DNA of 64,000 bases from Azolla caroliniana. Lineage: Eukaryota > Plantae > Polypodiophyta. Within the stretch, counting starts at the first letter, position 1; every line of letters starts with the position of its first letter. Shown one piece after another: positions 23,341 through 39,319 of this stretch. The notes under the pieces were generated by a model. That model searched no databases and was not told the origin of the DNA. It was given only the letters and a program-made list of their open reading frames with translations. The DNA lies in contig JBHGNT010000002.1 in the NCBI GenBank assembly GCA_043228905.1, positions 27,652,001 to 27,716,000 on the forward strand, in the 5' to 3' direction. A program made the translations under genes and the position numbers.

Positions 23341-25449
23341 GAGAGATTGAGTTGCCCAAATAGATGAATTACACTAAAAGAGATTAGTGGTAACCTAATT
23401 ATGAAAAAGAGAGAGAGAGAGACGGAGATTGGGTTGCCCTAATGGATGATGGGTAACCTAATTATGAAAGAGAGACAGAGATTGAGTTGCCCTAAAGGAT
23501 GAATTACAATAAGAGTGAGAAAACTCATAGTCATATCATCATATTACGACATTCAAGGATTATGAATACAAACATTCTACAACTCTTACCATGATTGAGC
23601 ATGGAAACTTGAGAGGGTATGAAATGCTACAAATTATGGCAAATAAAATGTTGTCGCTAATATTAGAAGTATATTAAAATCTCTAAAGAGGCCAATGTGG
23701 CCTACAAAACCAAAACAATATATATCATATATCTTGTTCACTTGTTCCAAAGGATAAATAAAGATGGAAACCATGATTGATCTAATTGACTTGTTCCAAA
23801 GCCTTCTAATCGCATTGCTAGGTAGAAGAAACTTGGGACCTGTCACTTTTCTAAAGCCAGTAATTGACAAACATGTTGGACTACTTACCTAGGATTCAGA
23901 GTTTTTTAGTAAAAATGAAAAACTTGAGTGGTGCTTGCCTAGATATATGTGTACATTCACATGTTGATGTGAAGAATAAATTCGGACACGAATTGATATG
24001 CATGAGCTAGAAGAAGGTAAAAAACATGTCCCTCATCCATATGGGAACACAATTCATTGGTAAAAAATGTACCAATGTGCATCCATGCATGGGCATATGT
24101 CTGTGAGAGATTCGGCAACATATTTCAAAGCAGAAATACATGGATAAGCACACTCACACTCACACATGCATATGTGTGTATTACCACAAAGATCTATGAA
24201 TATATATTGATATACATATGCATCTATGTATGTAGAAACATAGAGTGTGCGTGAACGATTAAGTGCTCACATGTGTGTGCTTATCGTGCCAACATAAAAT
24301 TTTATATATTTACAAATTATCCACTTTGTTAAACATAGCACGAGGGATTGACTTATTTTAAGAACAAATTCGATCGGTACTTGTGGTTGGATACTTGGAA
24401 ACTTGGGATGAGAATGATCTCAATTACAAATTGCCATGTGAGTGACTTCACCTACACGAGATTTCTTATATATAAATTCCAGTGAATTATACAAGCATGG
24501 GCTTTTCATTGGGGAATGGTGCAACGTAGTTGTTACATCGTGTGCCAACATGGCTTGCTACAATGCTTTGTGGTGGAAAATGGAGTCGTAAGATTAAAAT
24601 ATCAAAGCTTGTCATTTACAAGGGACAGGGGGTTAACGTGTCATAGTTTATAATATGTGTACAATGTACATGTTTGTCATTCATGTGCATCTATTGAAAG
24701 AACTTGAAACATAGATTTCCACATCATACTAGGAAATACAACGAGAAAAAGAAATGATATAATGAAGTTGTGAATGTAGTCGAATCACTAAGTCTGTCAA
24801 GGTCACACAAGAAGATCATGTATTCAACCCTTAGATTTTGCATAGGCATGTGTTAAAATCGGATTGATTTGAACCCAAGACCATCAGACAAGCTTAGTAT
24901 TATGATTTAGACTAAGGTTTGTATAGAAAATATGCATATGGCCAAAATTTCCGACTCTTCGTTATGTCTAGAAAGGAATCATTGGCTTTTGTGCCACTCT
25001 TTTGAGGTGATTAGAAAAGAATCCTTGGCTTTTGTGCTAGTCTTTATAGGACAAGTAGATTCTCTATTTGAATGGCGTAAACTTACAATACTCCAAATCT
25101 AGGTATAGAAATGTCGAGTGTCATTTACCTATGTATGTACATTACATATCATCATCTAACATATATTGTTAGATACTCCAATGTTACTTTAAACAACCCT
25201 TCAATTATTGTCGGGATTAGTCATCTAACATTAAGAACAATTCTATTCTAAATATTTTTTGTTTGTATATCTTGCAAACTTATGAGATTCTACATGGTGT
25301 TCATATATTGGCCTAAGTTCTAACCTAGTCATTATTTGCTTATAAAAAAATCTATCAATTGAACTTGCATCATTATGAAGTCATCCACGTTTGTATGAAA
25401 CTTTTGAGATAGAAATGTATTGAGAAACCAAACTCCTATTTATAATATG

Positions 25450-26900
25450 AAACAAGGGGAAGGACTATGTTGTGACGAATATGATATCATGTTTCTCCGC
25501 CCATCCGTCAATGACACCATATACATCCTTTGTGACAATGAACCATCCAATGTCCACTATGCCAAATCCTTTGTGCAGTCATGTTTCCAATCAATTGCTA
25601 GCCAAGAACTCTTTGGTGTACTTCCCCAAGGATGTCTACCTCTCATGGTTAAGGGCTATCCATTACGCATTACACAATATGATCATTTACATTCTCTACA
25701 TATTCGACAAATGTGAAGCTTAATTTGCTCTTCCCATCTTGTCATCATCCCTAGGTGTAAAAACATTTGTGCATTTCCTAGAGCTCATGAAGAAAACGTG
25801 AAGTGTTGACCTTAAGAGTCCTTGATCGTGGTTGAGAAACCTAAAGATTTGTTGGGTTATATGGAAATAATCTTTTTTTCCCAATGTTAAATCACTTCTG
25901 TTGTGGCCAAAAATTTGTCCCCAAAAAAATTATGCATCATCTCCTCCACTTTCCATGTTGATGTGCCTACATTCCTCTAAAGGAAAAAGTTTAACTTTAC
26001 CATTTCCTCTCTATCAATGATTGAAACTCAATTTTGTGCAACGGATATGTTATGCAATTATGCTCTCTTTACATGCTCTCTCTTGATATGTCGGTATTCT
26101 CTAATGAAATCGATATTGAAATCTCAACTTCTTCTATTGTCATCGAGGCCTTACCTTCTTCCATCCATCATTGTGATGTCAAGTGTTATGAGAAGTATTT
26201 TGTCTTTGCACAATGAATTGTTCAATTGCTTTCTCTCCTTAATCTCAGACTTTGCCACTTCATTTTTCACAACTCAGTTAACTTCAATATTTCGATTATT
26301 GTATGATCAAAAGTCACACCTAAGACACATTCACGAAAATTGATGAACTCATACCTTTTCTTTTACAAAGTAAATTACCATTTTCATTTGTGCACAGCTA
26401 AAAAGGTTGTACCATCAGCAAACTAGGGAACAATTCCCTTGTCGTGGAAATGTACAAGTTCCAATCCACAATGTGTTCAAACATTGGCCTCCTTTTCAGG
26501 AAGTCTATGCCTTTGAATAGAAACAACATCCAAGTTTTACCATAATCTTAAGTATATATTAGGCTCGCCCGACCCAACCACCTTGGTTTTTCTTATAAAG
26601 CTTTGGCTCTCCTTGATCAAAACCTCGTGCCTCAATATTGCAATCTTGATGTTGACATTGATCGCAATGGACCACAAGTTTGCATCAACTTTATCATTCT
26701 ATTGGTACATGATGGATATTAACATGACCATTTTATTGCGTTATTGTGGATGCTTCTAAACGAATTCATATTGCATGCTAGCACCACCATTATAAATTTA
26801 TCACTTAATGCATTGTTGGAGTGGGGACCTCCATAGTAGCCATTTTTTGGTACCTCAACTTCATGGATGTCACTGGCAATGAGTTATACTAGACTTATGG
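25450..26900 (-). mobile_element. Highly decayed gypsy-like pol remnant (integrase zinc-binding region)
   Basis: The minus strand near 25640-25540 reads DILGEVHQ...GNMTAQRIWHSGHW, resembling the ILxExH..G..TAx(K/R)I..SG.W motif. The extent is uncertain. Confidence 0.35.
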
Positions 26901-28950
26901 GGGGCATTTGTCATGGGTTCAAAACTCTAGCCCTATGTACATACTTGATTGTAAATTTATCTCCATCCTATAATTAATTTAAAATTATATTTTACTATCA
27001 ATGTTGAAAGGAGTGATTTAATTCTAATTGGACATCTTTTTCTCAAGTCAAGGTCGTTTTGGGCACATTTGTCAATATGTGTGATGGAACCACAAGTAGT
27101 TTAGTTTGAGGATGAGTTTGTTTGAGAATAAGGTGTTCTTATGTTTATTTTATTAAGGTAGAAGTAATGGCAAAGGACAAAGTGTATGTTCTAGGTGTAG
27201 CATAAGAAAAACATAAAATTGTAGCGTTGGACTTGACATGACATGTATGAACATATATATGTATATGATAGATTTACATGGTTAACATTGTAATTTGGGA
27301 AAATATTCCATCCACAAACAATGTCATGGATTAGAAAGCATGTGGGATTTAAGTGGTGACATCAGTAAAAGAAGGATCCTAGAGTTAGAGCTTATATTCT
27401 ATCATTAAACAATCAAACCTAGGCATAATCTCTCAACATTAATTGCAAACCTCTCAATTGCATTAGAGTTGTTGACATCTATCATCAATGACAACATCAT
27501 TCCAAATTCATGCATTATTATTGTTATTTCCAAATTCATGTATTACCAAAGTGTTTTTACTACTTTGACTCAATTTGGATTAGCCTTGCCTCGATCATTT
27601 ATTCTAAGATGTCGTTTATTTATAGGATTTAAACCCCATACCATGATGATTCATTATCTTTGAGGAGTACATAGGATTGGACGTGACAAGGTCATTTGTA
27701 TAGCATTTGAAAGCCTAGGAATCGAAGTTGCATTATGGAATCAAAATCAGCCAAATATAAAGACATGTAAGGTATAGTGCAATTCGTGAACGCTATGATG
27801 ATATATTAAGAGGGGGTGATGACTTGAGTATCACACTAAAGAGAACACCTAAATGGTTGAGCTCATATGTGTATGCCTTATTCACACGTTGAGACTTGGT
27901 TTTTCAAAGTATGAACATCCCTCCTTAGGAAGAAGACACACGTCAAGACAACTTTTGTACTTAGGTCCTATGTGTCAATATTGGCCTCTCTATGGATGCT
28001 AAAAATATCTATCTATCCATCTACTCCACGTTGAGAAAACAAGGTCAAGTTAAATGCACATTATTTTTCACAATGGTCTGACCACAAGATATGGATGTAG
28101 TATATTGTCAAATGGATTTCTCACAACAAGATATTGTTTGAAGGAGAAATTCTAGATACCTTTTGATAGATGATTATTAACATTATCTTTTATATTATGC
28201 AATGTTATTATTTTTAAGGCCTAGGAGAATGTTTGAGTGGGTCTCTAGAATCTTTTAGGCCTTAACGATTAATACAGAGATCAACAAATGCAAGATCTTT
28301 AGAGCAACATGAAAAGAACTTTATATTTGAACCAAATGTAAAGATGATTAATCCCACATTAGGAATGGTAATGTGTTATTGTTTGTAATAATGTTAAAAT
28401 GTCATATATTATTGTTCAAGCATCACTAATGCATCCCACATATGACAAAATCGCTTGGCATGGATTACCATAGGATCCAAAATGAAAGAAACAAATCCCC
28501 CAAATCGTTTTCCAAAGTTTTCCATGATAAGGGGGTTTGGTATTTTTCATGCTTTTTAATGTAAAACCCTTCCTCCTCACGTTGGATTGTGAAAGCCCAC
28601 TTGAAGGCTCATCTACTTCAAACCCCATAGTTGGGGTCTTTAAAGTTCATGATGATGTGAAAAGCATAAACTTATCATATTCTACCATAAAGAAATGCAC
28701 AATTCATGGTTTTGACCTCTCGAATCAACCTAAAACCATAAATTGATTTTCACAACATGCAATCAAATGTGAAGGGTCGAAATCACAACAATCAATCGCT
28801 TAGTGGTTTTTTTATTGAATGCAAGCAATTGCTATGTATATTATCCTCCGAATATGTTTTTGAACTTGGTTGAGAGGTTCTAGTTTGCTTAGAACATATG
28901 AATTATGCCCAAAAAAACTCAAAAGTTGGTATTCTTCCTAGTTGGAGAAA

Positions 28951-29001
<51 letters not shown>

Positions 29002-32000
29002 TATATATAGTGATATTTGCATTCTTACAATGACAAAGGTTTTGCAGTCCTAAGACTTCTCTAAGATCATGAAAGCATTGAGCATTGCGCACAAAAATTA
29101 CTACAAGGCCCTCACTATAGATCCTTTTTCTATCATTTTTCATGTAATTTGTAAACTTTGTGTGTAGTTGTGGCCTTCACATTTAGAGTTTTGTCTTTCC
29201 AAAAAAAACTCCTTCCATTAGTTATAAAATTTTACAGATGAGAGTGTTATATACAAATCCTTGTAAGGACACGATAGTTCCATCTTATGTGGATGTTGTC
29301 ACGTGACAGATGCCTACTGACTCAAAAAAAGGAGAGGACGACCATTGTTGGATGAAGGCTAGTCATTGTTTTTCAACTCCATCGGATCCGCCCGTGAGGC
29401 CATCGTATTGGCTCTTTAGAGCGGCTACAAGTTCACTCCGTATTGGTTATCGTTTTCTCTTCAAATTTGATACCAAATAAGTGAATTGAGCATATATGTA
29501 TTAAGCCCAAAAAGTGTGCTTTTAGAGAGAACAATGTCTTTTCTTTTCTTTTTCCAAAACAAATTCTACTTCCATTAGTTAAGAAAAAGTACAGAGAATA
29601 ATATACAACTCATATGTTACAAGCCATTTTGCAATGGCTACAAGAAAACATCATGTATAAATGAAGCAACAAAGCCTCGTCACATAATTACTCGACAGAC
29701 TCCCATCAACATGAGCCTCACACAACCCACATTCAGCAAAGACACCCTCCAATGACTTCACAATTTAGCACCTACCTCTATGTTTGGTACCCTAGGAGGG
29801 AACAACCATCGGGGTGGCTAATATATCCACTTTGCATTGCCATCCACCATCTGTAACATCGGAGAACCTCTCCATTTAAGAAGGAAGAGGTACCTAGCTT
29901 CTGCACTCGCATTAGAGGGCCCTTGAAGGCTGTCAAACTTACCTTGTAACGTAGAAATCAGAACCAAATCATCATTAAACTCTTAGCCGATGGGGTTCGC
30001 TTCCCGGTAAATAACTCCTTACACCTTGAGACCCACACTTGCCAAATAGTAAGGCCAACCACTAAAAACCAAACATCTACATACTAATCCTATATGAAGA
30101 ATGAATCTCCTTGAGCTACAGGCTGAACTGTACCATTCACCACCTTTAAAGAAGGGTTATTTCCATTCCACTTTTCTAAAGTGCTATCTTTAGAGTGAAT
30201 GAGGAGCAATAATTTCTCTGGGGGGCAACAATAATGCTAAAACTCATATAAATGAATGGACAAAACTAATGCTTGTCAAGATTTCACAAATTATTAACGC
30301 TAATGTACTTTTACTTGTCCCAACATATGAACCCATGTAGTTAGTACTATTGGTTTGCTTCGTTGCATTAGAGCCATTTTAGTTAGCAATCCATTGTTCA
30401 TTATTGATATTTTTCACCATTGCATACCAAAACTTAGAGCTATATTAAACGCTTGGCATGTCAGCATGTAGCATGTCATATTTGTTCAAACATGATAAAA
30501 TCTAAAGCACTTTCCATGTTTTAATCAATGGGACACTATCTTTGTTGTATATCTCGTCAAAATATAATGGTACCCATAATCAATGCCAACAGATTTTAAC
30601 AAAGCATTTTAGTAAAGGAGCAATGGAACTTGTCCTTGAATTGTTTCTATTCTAAGCTTAATCATTGCTTTCTTAATAACATCAATCTCGCACAATTTGC
30701 ATTATGAAGGGAGTTGGGGTGGGTTTTTGAAGTTTGTCTTTTCTAGCGAATCATGAGATAGATTGAGCTTGAAATTGTTCCGGTGTTTTTAAATCCCCTT
30801 TACTATTGTATACTCACACTTACCAAAACATTGTATTTTGTGATGCCCTATCCTTTAATTATAAGGTTGTCATCCATCCAACCACACCTCATTCAATCAG
30901 ATCAGATGCAATTATCACATTGGAGGTAATGATTTATGTGTCATTTTCAGCACATTGTAACTAAAAAGGATCACTCAAAAAAGTTGTTGTAAAGTTGATA
31001 TTTCATACATTGAAAATAGTTTGATTGTGTTCTTTTGTTATCATGCTACATTTTTTGTAACCAGGATGCAAAAAGTTGGCAAAAGTTCACATCATTGACT
31101 CATCAACAATAAGGAGAGATTAGTGAAATGGCAAATTTCATTATAAGAAGAGGAATACAAAGAACAAGCAAAACAATACATGATAGCCGTTCTTAAAATG
31201 CATCCATGGTATATTCATAACCTCTAAAATGCTTGTTGATAATTATTTTAGAAGCTGAAAAATACAACGAAAAAACTTTCCAAGTATTGGGATTCCTAGC
31301 TTTAATTCTTAAATGTGACGGATTTTATCTTGTTTTCATCATATAAAAGGGCCTTAGTGGTCATTTAATGTTGAGAGGGCATCTTTAAGGCACACACGCG
31401 ATCTTTGTACCAACAATTATAATGGCCACCGATTCAATGTTGTCCCTAATTAAAACATTAGATTTTGTCATTTGTCTTTAGAGATATCGTCCTTGTATGA
31501 AGTACCAATACTTCTCAAATATCTTGTCTATCTTGCTTGGACTACTTGGAAGGGATTATAAAAGTAGGCACAAACTTGAGATTTTCAATTAATTCGCATG
31601 TTCATTTGAGACATTTAAACTGCTTAGTAAGTAAAGATAAATGCCGCAGGATCTTTTACGTTGTGGAAAATGGACTATTCGTATTTGCATTAATTCAATT
31701 TTGATCATGCATTAGCTAATTCAGTGATCATTACTATATTATCACTTAACATGAAAGCATTCATCGATGTGATAAATAAGCTTTATTGGCCTTGCAAAAG
31801 AGTGTAAGGAGAAGCAAAATTGTACCATTGATGCCAACAGCATCCTAGCCAATGGCCATCTTGAATGTGGTCTCGTCGGGCAAGTCTCAAAAAGAGGGAG
31901 TTGGATTGCAATATCTTATGATGATTAACCATATTATAACATTGCAATTAGTATAGTTTTCTCTTCGAACAATTACTTTTACAACTATGAAGCGGCATAT

Positions 32001-35000
32001 TCTCCACAATAGAAAACGTGAAAGTGATGGTGTTGTTTTTTATGGGGCAATAGAGACAAGTTTATGCAAACGTTAAACTCCTTTCCGGCGTACCTCTATT
32101 TTTCACTTTTTTAAGATTAGACATCCAATATATGGTGCTATCATATGGATGGACCTAAAACTCAATTGCAAGGATGTTGTAAGTGTCTGATGCATATGTC
32201 ACAAGTGATGTTTTAACCCATTTATCCATAACATTTAACTCTATACTTTGTTAGTATTGCCTCTATAAAAAGAAGAATTTGTTTCTGTTTTTGGGAAACA
32301 TAGTGATGCATTTAATCTCTTTAGTAGACAAGATTCGTAGAAGGGTCATGGTGTCTCCTTGATATTGTTGATGATCTTCATGAAACCACATGTTATGACC
32401 ACACATCAAAATCCAAGGGCACCACATAAATGGCAAAGATTTTGTATCCCATATATTGTTCATCCACATTATGTATAGTGGAAAATGGGTCTATAAAAAG
32501 AGGCAAAAGGTGCCAAAGACCCCTTCTTGTTGATGCCTTCAACAACACAAAATGTGATTTATTAGTGGACTTTAAAGACAAAAGTGACTGCAATAAACCC
32601 GAATTGAAATTCTACTATGCTTGTGACAAACATAGAACAAGAATCCACAATTTTTTAATGTAATTCAACTCACTTGGATTACATGGCTTTTTTTTATGGT
32701 TGTAACTTTTGTGTTTAGGTGGTTTACCTGGGTCTTGAGTATAATTTAATATATATATGCATGCATATTATATTAATTTTTATTATGTTACATGTTTGTT
32801 TGCTTCATATCTTATGGGTTCTGAAAGTCCAATTCGAAAAAGAAACTTTTCAATGTGACTTTTAAACAACTAAAATATAAGGCTTCATGTACCGTGTTTG
32901 ATGAACTTCTAGCCTTGTTTGATTTGTGTATTTCAAAGGGTTTTCCAAGTTAATGCAAAGTGATTCCATGTAATTACATTCTTGTTCAATTATGAGAAGC
33001 ACTGATAAATCTAAGAAGTGGCCCTAATGAACTTCTCTCTTCTTTGAAATTAGATTCTTGTTAAACTATGAGAACATATACTTTGCGTGCCAATAAATCT
33101 AAAACGTAGGCCTAGTGAACTTTTGGACTTGTTCATTTACATAGTGTTTTAGAGGGTCTGTTAGGTTTTTGAGATAAACACATTTGGTCTTTTAGATGAT
33201 AGAGATTTGTACACTAGTGTTCTCACATTCGTGTTAAACAAGACATTATGCGTGTTATTGAAAACCATTGTGTTTATACATCATATCAAAGACTTGAGAT
33301 AAGAGCTACCTCATTAACATTCTAAAAATGTGGATATACATGTACTCTTGTGTATATTGCTTAATTTCATCTATATTGTTGGTATCTTCAAGTAATACCC
33401 CTATACTAACCTATGTCAAATAATAATAACAACATATCAAGGTTTATTTTTTACTTCAATAATAACTTTAATGGAAGGAGAGATCTACAAGTTGTAATGT
33501 ACTAAGTGTTTTTATTTACTTATTATAGAATAACATTTAAAACATAGGTTTGAGTTTGATCGAGCCATAGGCTTTATGTAGACTTCTTTCATGAGCCTCT
33601 TCATAATTTTAGTTTGGGATCATAATTGCGCATTTAATAGTTTGCTCCTGAAAAAATAATAGCTTTACAACGTTGACAATGACGATGTTTTCAACCACAT
33701 GAGTAGTGAAAGCGATAGTCGCTCCTTTTCAAGATACATATTTATCTCTCCCTCTCTCTTTATTTACATTATTTATATGCACAAATTATATGCTCAAGTG
33801 ATCTTTAGAGTTCTTTTTACTTTCAATTGTTGAGAGATTTCAATGATTTAAAGTGGACGTATATGTCGTTCCACTGTTTCTTGACCGTCAAGTTTATCTA
33901 CCACTTGAAAGATCCCAACAGTGATTGGTCAGACAACAGGCTTAAAAAATGTAGGCCCTACAACTCGATGTCCATTGATGGCGTTGCTTGTTTCAAAGGA
34001 CTTTAAATACACAGATCACATTGTTCATGTGATTTGTATGTCTCGCAGATAATAGGACTTAAAAGAAAAGGTCGTGTCAAGTGCAACTTTGATCACTCTT
34101 GTGATTGTTACGCAATGAATAAATGTCACCATCTGGGTACTCGAACATTGTCTTCTATCTTAATATATACCAAACCGTGAGTTAAGCATAAGAGAATTGG
34201 CCATCATCTTTTAACATTATAAATCGACAGGTTAAGCTAAAAATATCTCAAGCAGAAGTTGCTTTTTTTTTTAATACTTTGAGATATTGAAACATTTAAT
34301 ATCGAGGTTGCTACTGCATGGGCCAAGGCCCAAAACCATAAATAAAAACAATTACATGATGCATGTGCCTTGTATTAAATACATCTCTCTTGCAGTTTCC
34401 TTTGTATCCATCGAAGAGTAAAAATCAATCACACACTTTTTCTTCATCTCCACTTTAAATATTTTCCCTTTCCTCAACAAGCTAGCAATAAATCCAACGC
34501 ATCAAGAACAGACATTACATCCTTTTCTGCAGAAAAAAACAAAGAATGGGCATGTCCTTGCTCAGGTATAATTATCTTTTCATCGAGTATTGACATAAAC
34601 TTTCATTTAAGAAATCAAGATCATGATTATACTTGACCATAACATATACATAATTGTGGGAAAAAAACCTTGGCGTTATTCCGTTATTTTCCCACATGGT
34701 AGATGGCCTAGCTAAAAAAAAACCACAAAAAATGTAGTTTGTAAGGTGGCTTCAACCCCTTTTAATAAAGCTTGCAGACAAATTGACATGCATGTGGGAT
34801 AGTGAGCAAAATGTCAAAAAAACTATGTATGATACGATATGACACCTTAACCACATCATCAAATTTAATCTCATGTTTGTAAAACACTTGTTGAACGTAT
34901 CCTTAGAGACAAATGATTACATGGTCTGCTTAGAACTTTCAAAATCAAAGAATATATTGTTGGCATGGTCGAGGCCTTCTATTTGCATGAGTTGCGTGCA

Positions 35001-36049
35001 CATTGTTATCACAAAGGCATGGTTTCAGGGAGACATATATTATGTGAGCCTAGGCATGGGGATGGAAATTTGGTGAGAATTAATGTAAGCCGCAAGTAGT
35101 GTGTGTACTATTCATAAGCTTGCATTTTATCGTACAAAACCAATATCACTTTGCTACACCCAAACAAGTGCCACATCAAAGTTCTTCATAAAAGAAGCAA
35201 AGGGACATCTTCAATGGATGCCCCCTCATATATGATGGTGCACGGTACATTTTGGACTTATTATGCTTAGACCTTATCGATTTCCAATTTCATCGGATGT
35301 CAAGATGCGTAGATTTACATATCGCCTACGAGTGCTCAAAACCTTAGGTCTCAAGAACACTTGAATGAAAACCCCAAACAAGAGATAACATCATGAAAAA
35401 GATCCTACTTGAAATCAAGCATTGTTGTTATCGTCTACTTGTAACAAGTAGTCGTCTTCCTTTGTTAGTTTTGAGAGGAGGGTTCCAATGAACTATTTCT
35501 TCAAGAAGAGAGATACTCTTTTGTTGATTAATTTGGAAGGGGCTTCACGACTTATTTCTGTCATAAAAGTCAAGAAAGCCCTAGAAAAATGTTCCTTGGT
35601 CTTCAATTCAAGTGAATGTCTTAATGGGCCTTTCAATGTAGATTACAAATTTGATCTTTGATGTTCCTATTGAAGGTTTCCTTGTGTACTTTAAACGATT
35701 GTGGCCTAGTACTTAATAGTGGCATCAAAACTTATCTTTGAGTGTGTGCGACTAATCTAAAGGACTTTTAGTTGGGCCCTACACATACTCTCTCTTTTGG
35801 CCTTGATACATTTATGTTTCCTTGTTTCCCGAAAAAAAGGTCATTTTCTATATAATAATGAGCTCAACTCCTACACAACCAATTTCCAAGAGGCCTTCCT
35901 TTTTACTCAACCCAAAAAGAAGGAATCAAACATTGAAATTTTGGCAAAAGAAGAAATGCACCTTTTTTCGCTTAACCTTTTAAAGGTCTACGATGCTTAA
36001 GGGTTGTCTAAAAACTCATTTTCTAAATAAACGTCCATGGTTTGATCCC

Positions 36050-36960
36050 TAGACTCTAGGGTATTCACATGAATGAAAGAGCATGTATCCCAAAGATGTG
36101 TCACCCACCAAAGACAATATCGATTGCGCACTCAATGCGACTACACATGAAAAGAATCGACTAAGTTCTCACAATATTCTTGATTTGCGATATTTTCTTT
36201 GTAACGTGGGGCAAACGACATCTTCATAACTACATAAAGTGTCATCATCCATCAACGAGAACAACTTGATATATGACATCACTAAGTTAGACTTACGAGA
36301 AGAGGGTGCAAGGTCTCTAATATGGACACAATAGAATAGGCTTAGAGATGGTAAGCGTGTCCACACAAGGGAGACCTAGGTTTGAGCTCTAGAATGTTGA
36401 GAGACATTTTGGTGTATGACAAGCCTTTTGTGGGTGAATGAATACCAAGCTACGTGAACACAAAAACCTCCATGTGGTTCCAAAGATCGGTGATTGTGAG
36501 CTTTTTGCTTTTCTTGATGAGAAGGATCACGACGGTCGCACAACGTAGTGCAAACAAATGGTTTTTGACTAATCCTCGAATCATTGGCACCATACTATGT
36601 GCAAAGAAAATAATTAATTCAGTAGTATATATGTCCTTGAAATTCAATTGCTCAAGATGGTTGCTTCACCCAACCGATGACAACAACAAAACATGGCTAC
36701 ATACGTACATATGAAAATTAAACATTCGGCTCTCCACCGAAATATCTAGTTGTTGCTTTCATATAGTCAACTAGAGAAGCTCTAGTTGTGATGTGTTTCT
36801 CGAACACCAATTTAGGGTGACAAGACCCTCTAGGACCCACAACAACGAGGATATTGTACAGTGATTCCTTCTCCTCTATGTTTTTTTGTTTTTGTGCATT
36901 TCACGTATAGACACACCATACACACGAAGTGGTTTAACAGAAGGGTGTGATGTACACATT
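36050..36960 (+). mobile_element. Highly decayed gypsy integrase 3' remnant
   Basis: RHFGV at ~36400 and IGT...KKIINSVVY..LKF....LHPT (GPY/F-like) at ~36580-36675. Confidence 0.35.
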
Positions 36961-37775
36961 GACTACAACCTTCCTTATCTAGGTAGCATTTTGCCACTCC
37001 TAAACTACATACTACTATCTAACTTTGACTCATGAACAACTAGAGGTACTATTTGCCACCAAAAGCTTTTAAGGATGCCATAAATAACACCCCTTACAAG
37101 TCTCTCTCTCTCTCTCTCTATCTTTTGTTTCTCTCTACTTGAGGTTCTCCAGAGTCCTCCTCCTCCTCTTATGGAGGTGGACATTCTTCAATCAATCATG
37201 CATCAAAATCTAGTTACAAAGGTTAGGGTTCCAATGAGCCAATATATATATATGTACACACTTTGCACTGCACAAAATTTGCCGACCATCATCCACTCTC
37301 TAGAGCCCATCCTTATCCACTCTCTAGGGGCCTCCCTCAAGGAGCATATAATACCCACACATACCCATCACATCCCCACACTCTCTAGAACTATATATGT
37401 ATTTGCACACACCCATCACATCCACACACTCTCTAGAGTTCTCTCTCAATGAGCATATATCAAGATATATGTAGAGTATTGCACACATGCACCCCCACAC
37501 ACCCATCACATCAACTCTCTAGAGCTCCAATTCCTCTCACTCTCAAACGAGCTACGTAATATGTATGTGCATTGTGCACAAATGAGTTATGTATGTGCAT
37601 GCACACATGCCCATCATCCTCCATGTAGAACAAGTGAACAAAACGATATGATGTCTTCAATTCTTTCGGTCGCATAGGCTACATTGGCCTCTTTGCCAAA
37701 CATAAGTAAACTTCTTCTTGATGAAATATATAATTGCACACGTACATACCCACCCCCATGACACCTAAAGAGCAG

Positions 37776-37823
<48 letters not shown>

Positions 37824-38886
37824 ATTTATCCCTCTCAAATCGAGCATATGATACAAGACAACGAATTCCCGTCATCATCATCATCCATCCTCTCGATGAA
37901 CACCACCATTCATTCTTTAGGGCTCTACTAGCTCCTCATTTCTGTGTGTATTGCCCCTACTACACATGTTGCACACATACCCATCCATCCTTGACCCACC
38001 TCATAGGGCTCTCCAGATTGATTGGATTCCTCTTTCCTCTCGAGCGTAGTGTAGTAGTAGTAGTAGTAGTAGTGTGCACATGCATGACCATCATCCACTC
38101 TCTAGAAAACACACACACATCCACTCTCTAGAAAACACACACACACACACATCTCTATCTATCTCTCTCTCTTTCCTTCCCATTTTCTTTCTTTATATAT
38201 GCCTTTCCTTTTGTTTTCTGCAAGATAAGATGCTTTTTGTTTTTCTAGCTTTTTGCTTTTGTGGGGTTTACAAAGCTGGTTCTGTTTTGTTTTGTAATGT
38301 ATACATATATATGTATTTTGACTCAAAATCTGCATATCCATTCTAATCTCTATCTATCTCTCTTCTATCTTTCCTCATGTTATATTACTTTTCTTCTTCT
38401 TCATCTTCTTCTGTGTGAGTCCAAAAAACACAGAGACAGACAGAGACAGAGCTAATCCAAACCCTTTTCCTTCTTTCTCTTTTCTTTTCCTTCCCTTCCC
38501 ATACACTCTCCCCTCATCTTTGCTCTGTTCCTCCTCTCTATCTCCATTTTTCCTTCCTTCCTTCCTTCCGATTGCGCCTCTGTTTCTCCCTTCTACTACA
38601 TATCTCCTTCACTCCCTCTTACTCCATCTCTCATTTTGTCTCTAATTTTCTTCTTCTTTTTGGCCTTGATTTTTTTGTTTCCCCCCCCCTCTTTACGCTG
38701 TTATTTTTTAATCTTCTTCTTTTGGGCATCCTTTCTTCTCCACTGACTGGATCACACTACTACCACTGCTACTTCTACTAGCCACATTCATTGAGCAGAC
38801 AACTATATTCTCACATTTTTTGTATATTTTCTTCTTCTTCTGAAGAATGATATGTTCACTTGAAGAAATCTTCATTTTTAACACTA

Positions 38887-39284
38887 ATGTGGAAGCTCAT
38901 CAACAACCCTACACCATCAGATTTGCAACAGTGTCAGCTTGAAGAGGTTAACTAATACATAAACTTATTTTTGTTTGCTCATCCATATTTTTCATACTAG
39001 TTTAATTCATATGCATAAACTTTTTTTTTTTTTAATCTCATTTGAAACAAAATAAAAAGTTCTCTTCCCTTCTCTGTCTCATTCTAATGGCGTAACTATG
39101 CTTGTATACTACCCGCACTGTGTTTGCATTTTTTTTGGTCTTCCTTCAGAAGGTCATTCTTTTGTCTAAATCATTAGTGTGCAACCTCACACGCTAATGT
39201 TGTAGTGATGGAATTTCATGAAATATAGCGTCAAATGCTAATATTTACATATATGTATACTTTACCTCTTGAAATTTCACACAT

Positions 39285-39319
<35 letters not shown>

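Noticed and set aside
29000-36000. Possible decayed DNA-transposon or other coding remnants (e.g. ORF 32430-32663; also 14.5-15.1 kb and 24.3-24.7 kb)
   Set aside because: No motif could be identified with confidence; this needs a translated homology search.
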